Shown one piece after another: positions 46,331 through 56,825 of a stretch of DNA of 64,000 nucleotides; within the stretch, counting starts at the first letter, position 1, and each line of letters begins with the position of its first letter. The DNA is taken from assembly GCA_013239625.1 (NCBI GenBank), contig MU053810.1, forward strand, positions 4,186,071-4,250,070. The letters are read 5' to 3'. The notes under the pieces were generated by a model. That model was not told where the DNA came from, ran no database searches, and saw nothing but the letters and a program-made list of their open reading frames with translations. The translations under genes and the position numbers were made by a program. The DNA comes from Lama guanicoe. Taxonomy: Eukaryota.

Positions 46331-49300
46331 AATATCCAGCCAGTTCTCAAATTTCTCCAGTTATTTTATGAATATTGGCTTATAGTTTGAGCACCCATTC
46401 TGAATAAAGGAAAATGAAAAAAATATTAAATAAAAATAACTTTTTACTGTGAATTTATGTTCATGTGATATACAATAGTGATTTCTGGAAATTGCCTCTC
46501 AGGGAGTAAAATTATACCACCTAAGTTATTGAAAAATATATCTTAGTACTTGAATTTTACAAGGCAACTGCTGGATGCAACTAGATCCGAAATGATATTA
46601 TTAAACGTGGGCATCACATTGGACGTTAGCAATACTGTATTATATTTCTGCCAAATAAGAACTGATCTTTTCCCCCTTGTTATTCAGACACTGTCAACCA
46701 GGCCCAATGCAGGATAATTTGTATTTCCAATTTTATATTCTGGAAGCCTATTGCAAACTTGTCCTTTGTCTTGCAATCTGAGCTCCATCTGCACCACATT
46801 CTGTCTGGAAAAATGTTGATATCTATGGATGGTTTCATGACCTTCATCCCTAAAAGCAATGAGTACCCCAGAAATGAATTAAATAGAAAATCCTTCTTTT
46901 GGGTGATCATTTTATGATACATTTTATCTTTATAAACTAGGACACTAGAGGGCAAAACAAACATTTAGCCTGCCCAGCAGGGTTAGGAAAAGGGCAAGCC
47001 TTTTCCTTCTCTGCCATAGCTATTCCAGAATGGTTGCTGGTAAATCTTACTTTCAGAGCCCAGCAATGCTGTTGATGCTTACAGAAGCTGGATATTTAAG
47101 AAGAATTACAGAGAATCCTCTTGCAAAGTGAGGAATACATAACTCTTAACCTTGAAAAAATACTATCGATTTAGTTCTCCTATAGCAAGCTTTCATATAT
47201 TACCCTTTTCAAATGGTAAATCATATTTGAATGTCATTACTATTAAAATATTATCCTATTCTTACTCTTTTTGTCTTAAATTGAGAATGAATGTGTCTAA
47301 AAATTCTAAGCTCCTGTAGCCTGCTAAATGCTCTGTTTTACGGAATTGCATTTCCCTGAGACTCATTTTGCTTTCCTTTTCTGATCCAATGATAGGCTGA
47401 AATGGGACCAATGGTATTCTGTAGCCTCGTTTCATGGGTGCCTTATAGATGGTTAGACCAGTGGGTTGAGTGGTTATCCAGAGTCCATCATGTCCCACGT
47501 GGGAGAAGAGATGGCAGTAAATATGCAAGGTCCTTTAAGCTCCAGATCATGTCATGGAAGAAAGGAGTGAAGTTTTGTGCATTGTTCTATTTAGTAATAG
47601 TTGTGAGCATTGTATTCTCATTTCTTTATATATTCTACCATGAGAATGAGACCCCCCAACTCTGTTCAGTTGTCCCACAGTGGTCACAAGCATGGCGGCC
47701 CACAGAACACATTTCCACTCGTGGAAAAGCAGCTCACAAAGCGTCCTAATCAGGCATTGGCAGCACCTGGAGCCCCTTCCTGTGCCACCCCAGACAGCAC
47801 ATGTGCAGTGTCTGCTTCCTCCTTTGCTCACTTGGTTATCTCACGATGCTGACGAGTCCCTGGCTAAGGACTGGATGACTGTGTGAGGAAACCACATTCC
47901 TGCCCGCACCTCCCTTCATCTTTCCCACCTCTTCCAATTGTAGTACTGTTTTCTTCCTGGACAGTATGCACTGTGTCCAGGAGAACATTCAGTCATTTAG
48001 TGAATATTTAGCACTATTAAATATACTTCTACTGAGCACATTCTTGGAAAGGGAAACAATGCCTTTGGTAGCAATCTGCTGCCTAAGACACACTGATAGT
48101 TACTAAGTGTACACAATTTTGTATATAAAATGTTTACTACGGAAGACCTGCTCTTCGGGCTTTTGGGTTCTCTGCTGTTCCTGGTGCTGGAGTGGCTGCC
48201 GCCTCTCTGACCTACGGCATAGCCTGGCTGCAGACTTGTCCATAGGAGCTCTGGGCTCAAAGCTGACAGAGGTAATTTAGGCTTCTACCAGTAAAAGCAC
48301 TTAAAAGCAAAAGGAGACAACTTCATTTTGACCTTTTCTCCCCACAGTTCAAATAAGCTGAACTTAATTTTAATAGTCATTCATTGGAGACATTTTGGCT
48401 ATTATTATAAAACCATTGTTTTAAAAAGTAAGCAAATACTTATTAAGAGGAAATTATGGGGCTTTCAAATAGGTTTCAATTTAAAGAGCATACTTTAATG
48501 ATCACAGAATTTCTAGGGCTTCTTCAATTTTGCTTTCCAACTTGCCTTTAAGTCGTTCATTTATAGACCAAAGTGCAGAGAGAAATGTATCATTTCTTCC
48601 CACCTGCTTGGCAAGTTGCTTTTCTAAGTGGATACATGTTCAATGTTCAGTCCCTCTGAGATGCTGGATTTTCACTGATGTCCACTATTGCTGATCAGAA
48701 GGTACTTAGATATTTGGGGAATATTCTAACACATACAGAATGAATGTTTGGGGGAGGTAAAATTTTCATACAATAACTTGACTTGGGAGTAAGTTGAGCA
48801 GGTAAGGAAGTCCCAGCTTCTACTTTTCACCACCTTCAAATTATAAAGGCTCAACTTTTCACTAAAGAACACAATTTTTCATCCCTCTTTTGCTTACAAA
48901 AGCAGCAAAAGCTGTTGCTCAAGTTTTTAGTTAGCTGACAAAATTGCGCTTGTCTATTTTAGGGCAGTGTTTGATTTTTGTTAACAACTGTGAGTCCTTT
49001 TACATATAATACATGCTTTGGTTTTCATTCTGTCACATTTCAGAACAAAATTTTAGATTTTTTTTTGAAATAAACATGAGGTATGTGGTTTACCCTGTGT
49101 AGAAAAAAAAACCTGACCTATAAAGATGATTAAATAAAATAAATGCATAATTAATTACCTTAACCTGGGAACCAGGAATCCCCAAAAAGTCTGAAAATGC
49201 CTTGAAAAACGTGTGCTGGTTTTTGCGTGTATGTGCAGATCTCTTTTGATGACAAAAATATGGGAACATGTTCTTTTACATGATTGTCAGAGGTCACTTG

Positions 49301-49879
49301 TTAATCAGGTGATTTTACCACTTGTAACACAAATATCTGGGGGGCCCCCTATTCTTTGAAGATCTGCTTACACCTGGCCTGACCAGTTTCCCAGCTTGTG
49401 ATACCTCAGAGTCCTTTTGGGGGAGGCTGGGAAGCTCGGGGGCGTCCTTCCTCAGGGACCCTCGGCCTCAGTGCTCCCGGGTGTGTGCGGGTCTCTTGCT
49501 TCGCCTGGCCCAGCCTGGCCACCATAGCTCCTTCTTTAATCAGTTTTCACAAGAAAAGCCTCCCTGATAACATTCCCTGATTTTGGTGGCCTGCATTGAC
49601 AATGGATGGACTGTGGGGATGGATCACTCAGGAAGTGGCCCCCCTTCTGGTGTCTTCCTGACCGTACCTCCCTCTCTCCTGGTCTCTCCCACAAGCCCTT
49701 GCTGAAAAAGCAGACACCTCACCTTCCCCTTCACCAGTCCTGTTGGAGGTCTCAGCCTCTACCCTCGTGCTTATCTAGACATTTCCCAAAGGAAATCTGG
49801 AATATAAAATGACCTCCATCTTGTTACACACTGTGTGGATTTTAGCTGAGGTTCCGGAGGCCCCGTGTGTATTAGGGAA

Positions 49880-50010
49880 GAGTGCTAGCCCGAAAGCCAT
49901 GGTACCTGGGTCCTGTTAGGCCCGCCTCCTCCTCTCTGTATGTCCTTGTCTAAGTTACTTCACCTCTCTGATCCTCAGTTTCCCCATTTGTACAGTGGAG
50001 ATAATAACCC
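49880..50010. mobile_element. MIR fragment
   Basis: MIR core 'aagttacttcacctctctgatcctcagtttccccatttgtacagtggagataataac'. Similar remnants lie near 15040-15230, 43750-43890 and 58070-58310. Confidence 0.7.
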
Positions 50011-51570
50011 CCACTTCCCCTTCCTCAGAGGCTGCCTGCCATGTTCATCTCCCACCTTCGGGGGGGCTGACACCCTGGGGGGCTGATATCTTGGGGGGCT
50101 CAGTGGCTCCAGAGCCCCAGCTTTCAGCAAAATGCCCATGGGATCAAGAAATCCACTGCACTCACGAGGACCTTACACCAAAGCCCTCTGGAGGAACAGA
50201 GTACTTTGGGTACAATGCCTTAAGCACTCTGTAAAACGTACATTTTAATACAAGTTTTGACCATGCTATCAGGTACGTCTGGAATATTCCGGTCATATCA
50301 CCCTTCCCCAGGAGGGGCCTGGGTGGACGTGAGGGTATTATCAGGCCTGAGGGCTGGCGAGGTAGGAACCCTGGCCCCTGGGTGATGGCAGGGGGTCTTC
50401 ATGGACCACTCACATGCCTGGTGCCACTGGCCGCTATAGTCATGATCCCTCTACTGCCCACAACCACCCAAGAGAAGATATTTTTATTTCTAGTTCAGAA
50501 AGAAGGAAACTGAATTTCTGCGAGGCTCAGCAGCTTGCTCAAGGCCCCAGTCAGTAAATATGTCTGATTCCAAACTTACACATGCCTGGCTCCAGAACTC
50601 CTGATTCTGTTCTTCCCAGTGAGGGTCAAGGTGGTCGTTCATCTTAGCCGACCAACAGCATCTAAGCTTTCTACTCCCACCTGTTCTCTGGAACCACAGC
50701 AGGAGATGCAGACTTGGAGGAGTGATGTATTAGAAGAGTTCTGGTGTCCCTGCCAGCGTCTTGAGAGGTTATGAATCCAGGTCTTCAGCCACAAGTTGAA
50801 CTGAGCTCTTGCGAGAAGAATTTTTTTATTCCTTGTTTTGTCTCTTCCTTTACTTAAAGCAGTGGTCTCTGGAGGGTGATGTCTAAGGCAGTCCATCAGA
50901 TGTGGAAATAAGATACTAGGCAGGAAGAGGAAGTCTTGCCGGGGTCTTAAGGCCTGGTCTGGAAACCAGCTTTCTGGATTCTGGTGGTCAGTTGATCACA
51001 GCATCCATTCAGGCTTAAATGGAGGAAAGAGACCCCACCTCTAGATGGATAATGGACCACAGAACATCTGGCAAAGGATTATTTATAGGAGCTACTATAT
51101 TATAGGAGTTCCTGTTCTCCACCACCTCCATCCATGAGCTGGAGTGATTGATGCTCTGACTTCTCCAAGTGCTCTGGTGTGATTTAAAAAAAAAGTATCT
51201 CAAATCACTGGAGCTAAAGACATAGGCAGAAACTTGAGTTTTTTTGTTTGTTTTGTTTTTTCCCTACTATGAACCAAGCTGAAAACCTCATGACAGAGTG
51301 AGTGTAGGGTCCCTAGGGTTTGAAGTCTATCTCGAGAAACTAGAAAGAAGGGGTAGATGATGTCTCCCTGAATGTTCTGAAAGGTGTAGTGAACCATGCT
51401 AGGCAAGGCGTTTTCCATTTATCCCCTAACACCACGATGACGGCTGGCAGATTCTCTGCCACCCAGAGCCCTCACTAGGATGTTCATTTTCGCTCAAGTG
51501 TCAAGTCCATTGAAAGGAGGGATGAGAGATGATGCCAGTGAGAAAAGAGGGCAGATCATGAAGAACCCTT

Positions 51571-52030
51571 GCATTATGAGTTTGCTGGGGCTGCCTGGAC
51601 ACAGGACCACAAACGGAGCAGCTTAAACAGCAGAAATCTATGGTCTCACAGTGCTGGAGGCAGGAAGTCCAAGATTAAGGTGTTGGCAGGGTTGGTTCCT
51701 TCCAGGGGCTCAGGGTGAATCTGTTCCCCGACTCTCTCCCAGCTTCCAGCGGTTGACTGGCAACCTTTGGCATCCTTGGCTAATAGGAGCATCACCCTCC
51801 TCTCTGCCCTTGTCTTCACATAGCCTTCTCTCTGTGTGTACATCTGTGTCTACACTTCTTCTTTTTGTAAGGACACCAGTCGTACTGGGTTAGAGCCCAC
51901 CCAGATGACCTCATCTTAACTGGATTCCCCCTTTCAAGACTCTACTTACAAATAAGGTCACATGCTGTGTGGTCCTGGGGGTTAGGAATTCAACATATGA
52001 ATTTTGCAGGAAACAATTCAACTTCTAACA
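51571..52030 (-). mobile_element. MaLR LTR (MLT1A/B/C-like), about 260 bp upstream of the AKT3 retrocopy
   Basis: 'gtttgctggggctgcc...gcttaaacagcagaaatcta...ctggaggcaggaagtccaagattaaggtgttggcagggttggttccttc...gggggttaggaattcaacatatgaatttt' is the reverse complement of the MLT1 consensus as recalled. Confidence 0.85.
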
Positions 52031-52540
52031 GCCTTGTAGAGCCTCAAAGGGAAGTTTAGACTTTGTCATCAGAGTTTTGCTTAAGATAATGCAAGGTATG
52101 TTTGTGACAGTGTTTCACAAACTGTGAAGCACAACACAGGTGTGAGCTATTGCTCTTGCCATTACTGTGTATTTCTACCATTTTCAGTCAATTTCCTCCC
52201 ATTTTCCTCTGATTTTTTTGGACATTACAGAGCAGCCTGGGTAGAAAGGATAAAGAAGGCAAAAGATTTCTGCTGCCACAGGATTATTAAGCGATAGAGG
52301 GGCCTGGCCCGCTCCCTCCCTCCCGCCGGCAGGGCTTCAGGGGGCCAGAGGCTCTGCGGGGTGGGGGAGAGGACAGGAGGGAAGGAGAAGGGAGGGGGAC
52401 CCCCGAGTCGCCCCCTCTCACTTTGCAGGCTGATTCCTCACTAGAGAGTGGGAAGGGCAGCAGCAGCAGAGAATCCAAACCCCAAAGCTGGTATCACAAA
52501 GTACCATTTCTCCACGTTGGGGGCTCGGAGGGGACCCATC

Positions 52541-53980
52541 ATGAGCGATGTTACCATTGTGAAAGAAGCTTGGGTTCAGAAGAGGGGAAAATACATAAAA
52601 ACCTGGAGGCCAAGGTATTTCCTTTTGAAGACAGATGGCTCATTCATAGGCTATAAAGAGAAACCCCAACGTGGGAATTTACCTGATCCCCTCAACAACT
52701 TTTCAGTGGCGAAATGCCAGTTAATGAAAACAGAACGACCAAAACCAAACACATTTATTATCAGATTTCTCCGGGGAACCACTGTTACAGAGAGAACATT
52801 TCATGTAGATACTCCAGAGGAAAGGGAAGAATGGGCAGAAGCTATTCAGGCTGTAGCAGACAGACTTCAGAGGCAAGAAGAAGAGAGAGTGAGTTGTAGT
52901 CCAACTTCACAAACTGATAATACAGGGGAGGAAGAGATGGGTGCTTCTGCAACTCACCATAAAAGAAAGACAATGAGTGATTTTGACTATTTGAAACTGC
53001 TAGGTAAAGGCACTTTTGGGAGAGTTATTTTGGTTCTAGAGAAGGCAAGTGGGAAATACTATGCTATGAAGATTCTGAAGAAAGAATTTATAATTGCCAA
53101 GGATCAAGTGGCACAAACTTTAACTGAAAGCAGAGTATTAAAGGACATTAGACATCCCTTTTTAACATCCTTGAAATACTCCTTCCAGACAAAAGACCGT
53201 TTGTGTTTTGTGATGGAGTATCTTAGTGGGGGAGACCTGTTTTTCCATTTGTCGAGAGACCGGGTGTTCTCTGAGGACCACACACATTTCTATGGTGCAG
53301 AAACTCTCTCTGCCTTTGACTATCTACATTCCAGAAAGATTGTGCACCGTGATCTCAAGTTGGAGAATTTGATGCTGGATAAAGATGGCCACATAAAAAT
53401 TACAGATTTTGGATTTTGCAAAGAAGGGATCACAGATGCAGCCACCATGAATACAATCTGTGGTACACCAGAATACATGGCACCAGAGGTGTTAAAAGAT
53501 AATGACTATGGCCGAGCCGTGGATTGGTGGGGCCTTGGGGTTGTTATGTATGAAATGATGTGTGGGGAGGTGCCTTTCTACAACGAGGATCATGGGAAAC
53601 TTTTTGACCTAATTGTAATGGAAGACGTTAAATTTCCTCAAACACTCTCTTCAGATGCAAAATCATTGCTTTCAGGGCTCTTGATAAAGGATCCAAATAA
53701 ACGCCTTGGTGGAGGACCAGATGATGGAAAAGAAATTATGAGACACAGTTTCTTTTCTGGAGTAAACTGGCAAGATGTATATGATAAAAAGCTGGTACCT
53801 CCTTTTAAACCTCAAGTAACATCAGAGGCAGACACCAGATATTTTGATGAAGAATTTACAGCCCAGAATATTACAATAACACCACCTGAAAAATATGATG
53901 AGGACGGCATGGACTGCACGGACAGTGAGAGACAGCCGCAATTCCCTCATTTTTCCTACTCTGCAAGTGGCCCTGAATAG
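52541..53980 (+). CDS. AKT3: Intact 479-aa AKT3-like (PKB-gamma) Ser/Thr kinase retrogene
   Basis: ATG 52541 to TAG 53980 is 1440 nt, the same length as AKT3. PH domain, GKGTFG, K177, E196, [12 protein letters not shown]305, APE, turn motif T447 and hydrophobic motif FPHFS472Y are all present. Expression cannot be shown from sequence. Confidence 0.85.
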   Translation: MSDVTIVKEAWVQKRGKYIKTWRPRYFLLKTDGSFIGYKEKPQRGNLPDPLNNFSVAKCQLMKTERPKPNTFIIRFLRGTTVTERTFHVDTPEEREEWAEAIQAVADRLQRQEEERVSCSPTSQTDNTGEEEMGASATHHKRKTMSDFDYLKLLGKGTFGRVILVLEKASGKYYAMKILKKEFIIAKDQVAQTLTESRVLKDIRHPFLTSLKYSFQTKDRLCFVMEYLSGGDLFFHLSRDRVFSEDHTHFYGAETLSAFDYLHSRKIVHRDLKLENLMLDKDGHIKITDFGFCKEGITDAATMNTICGTPEYMAPEVLKDNDYGRAVDWWGLGVVMYEMMCGEVPFYNEDHGKLFDLIVMEDVKFPQTLSSDAKSLLSGLLIKDPNKRLGGGPDDGKEIMRHSFFSGVNWQDVYDKKLVPPFKPQVTSEADTRYFDEEFTAQNITITPPEKYDEDGMDCTDSERQPQFPHFSYSASGPE

Positions 53981-56770
53981 GTCTCTTACATCTGCTACTT
54001 CACCGTCATCGTAGAGTTATTACTGAAAATGATTCCTGGACATCACACCAGTCCCAGCTCTTACAGATAGCAGGAGCACCTTCAGACGCCCCAGATCAGT
54101 CCATGGTCTTCACCCCTCGCTTCCTTTCACTCACACGAGAACAAACATATACGCAAACACTCTCGACTTTTTGTTTTTGCGTGAAATTGTATCTCAGCCT
54201 AAGGACTCATGCTGTTGCTGCTACTGTCTTACTATTACAGCAACTTTAAGAGGTAATCTTACAGTCTCTGGAAGTCATGAGACCTCCGTTCATTTGTGCA
54301 CCAACTGTCATCTTCTGATCTTTTCAGCTTTTGTTTCTCCCTGACAGTGAAGGCTACATGAGATACACTGCTTCTAGGTACATTTTCTAACTTTCTAGAA
54401 GAGAAATCAAAAACTAATTAGACTAAGAAGATTTGGTTTATAATACAGAACAAGCAGTTGAAGTGTGGTCATGTGCATATGCAAAATTTTAATAAAGCAG
54501 ATCAGATCAGTGCATAAAGTAGGTATGTAGCACTGAGATCCGGCTGGAATTCATTAGGAGGCATTTGAGAGGACTGAGCAACGGTTAAGACAGAGATATA
54601 CATACATAAACTTAAATTCCTGTTGGATACCGCAGAGGAAGCCTGCTGTTCCACGCGGACGTCCAGATTCCATGGGCAGTTGTTGGCAAAGGAACACTTT
54701 CTACCAAGGAAGGAAGCATATGCACAGCAGAGTCAAGGTCACTTAAAGGGTCTGTGATACGATTTGCACCAGAGAGTATGTTCGCACCCGTGCTTGGAAA
54801 CCTTTTTCCCTTCTTGCTACTGTCACCTCTGATGGCTGAAGAATGTGGACTGGTGTTACGATCCTGCTTTTCACCAAAAGTTGTACACCAAGGTAAACAG
54901 GCGTTTGCCTTACTTGTTTTAATTTTTTTATTTTCAGTTCTATGTGAATTAGCTTTTTCTCAAATATTAAAACTTTGGCTGTTAGTTTATGATTTTGTTT
55001 ATATTGTGGTAGTATGTATTTTTTAGTGATAAGAATTGTATGTCATGTTAGCAAATGCAGCTCCAATTTACATAAAATAGACTTACTGCAGTTTATTTTG
55101 ACCCGTGTGCAAGGAATGTACCTGCCGATGAGAACCATGCACTTTTTCTCCTATATAAACAAACTTGACGAGGCTCTGAAATTGTACATACAGGTTAGAG
55201 TTTGACTTTGGGAGAAGAGATGCTGTCATTTAACCCCTTGGTGCTAAAAATGAGAAATCCCCAACTCTCCATGCCAAGGGGTTGAAACCAGTGAGTGTCA
55301 ATGTTTGCTCTTCTGAGAATGGAAGTGTGCTGACGGCCTAGCTGTATACTGTAATGAAGCAAATTGAGACCTGGATGATAAAAAATGAACTTTACTTGGC
55401 AAAATGAACACATCTCGAGTAGTTAACGAAGTGGGCAGTTAAAAGATAAAGACCTAGTGTGTTTATTCTGATCATGGTACATTTATCACTGAATTAAACC
55501 ATAAGGGAAAAAACAAGACAAGAAAGTAGACTAGATCTGTCCTGTAAGTTGCCTTGTATCCATTGTATAAAAAGGAAACATGAGAGAAAGAGAGGACAGC
55601 TGAGCTGGGCTGGTGTTCAAAGCATTCATTTCTTTAGAGGGAAAGTATGACACCATACAGTAAGCACACTGAGAGTTTGGGCTTTTTTTCCCAAATCTTA
55701 AGGTGATTTCCATGACCTTGGCCAAGGACACTTCCTAAAGACTCAAGGTAGCGTTGACCGTGCCCCAGGCTGGCTGCTCTGCACAGCCAGCTTCCCGTCC
55801 CCAGCCAGTGCCCGGGGCTCAGTCCTGAGATTCCATGAGTGTCACACAGGTGTTTTCTTGGCTTCAATCTTGAGAATTCCTTACTTTCACTCCCTGACCT
55901 CAGTCAGCTGGCGTAGAAAAACAGAAATGTGTTTAGACGAAGATTCTGAAGCTTTCCTTGTGTCTGCCCTTAGCTGAAGTTTGGGATTCTGGCAGATGGA
56001 AAGGCCTGAACCGGGAGCCACTCTCTTTGAGTACAGAGTTCCGGCTCTGCGGACTCCATCCTGTACCGAGTCTGCCCTTTGCCATGATGCAGCCATCTTG
56101 GAGGAAATGGGCCATTCCTGCTGGGATTTTCAGCAGGGCTGCTCACAGCTTTGCTTTCCACACTGACTACATAGCATTGTTCCGGTGTTTTCCATTTCCC
56201 ATTTCCATTTTCTGGCTTCTTAAAGCTGACCAGTTCTTGCAGCCGCCACTTGCCTCTCTTCGAGTCCAGAGTAAGGCCCCCCCGCTAACCGCAGGGTCTC
56301 TGCATCACACCTCAGTGTACACACTTTGCTGCTACTGTTTGTACTGTCCACAGTACAATGTCCTTACCTTGCTCCTGGTAGTGCATTACACGCAAGCATG
56401 AAAAGTAAAGGCTTTATTTCAATAAAAAGAAAACTTCTAAATTGGTAATTGAATTACCTCCCTGTAGCTTTATAGTTTGTGACATTTCTTGACCTTGCTA
56501 GTTCTTTCATTAGATCCACGCAAGATCTAGTCATCTGGTTAAGGAGTTTAAGCACATGCAACTATGAACCCAAGAAACTGTATTACTATTACTGTTGGTC
56601 ATACTAAAACTGTTTATTTCCTTAAGTATATGACCCACAAGGATGTGAAATAACTACAAGAAACTGTTTTTGTACACTGTGCATCCTTAGTATTTTTACA
56701 TGTATATGATAAGGATGCACATTATTTTCCTTCGTACAGACAGCTTAAGTAAAGCACTCTGTCAATCTGC

Positions 56771-56776
56771 AAAAAA

Positions 56777-56823
<47 letters not shown>

Positions 56824-56825
56824 AA
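56771..56825 (+). repeat. (TAAA)n microsatellite derived from the AKT3 retrocopy poly(A) tail
   Basis: A6 followed by about 12 TAAA units directly after the mRNA 3' end. Confidence 0.9.

Larger units (their letters stand above)
52290..56825 (+). other. AKT3: Full-length AKT3 mRNA retrocopy (GC-rich 5'UTR, CDS, about 2.8-kb 3'UTR, poly(A)-derived tail)
   Basis: No introns. The 5'UTR 'gcagcagcagagaatccaaacccc...tcacaaagtaccatttctcc' resembles AKT3. The 3' end is '...aagtaaagcactctgtcaatctgc' followed by A6(TAAA)n at 56771-56825. The 5' edge is approximate. Confidence 0.93.

Noticed and set aside
52280..52305. TSD for the AKT3 retrocopy (aagcgatagagggg vs aagagagatgggg near 56824)
   Set aside because: Too degenerate to call, so the 5' boundary is left approximate.
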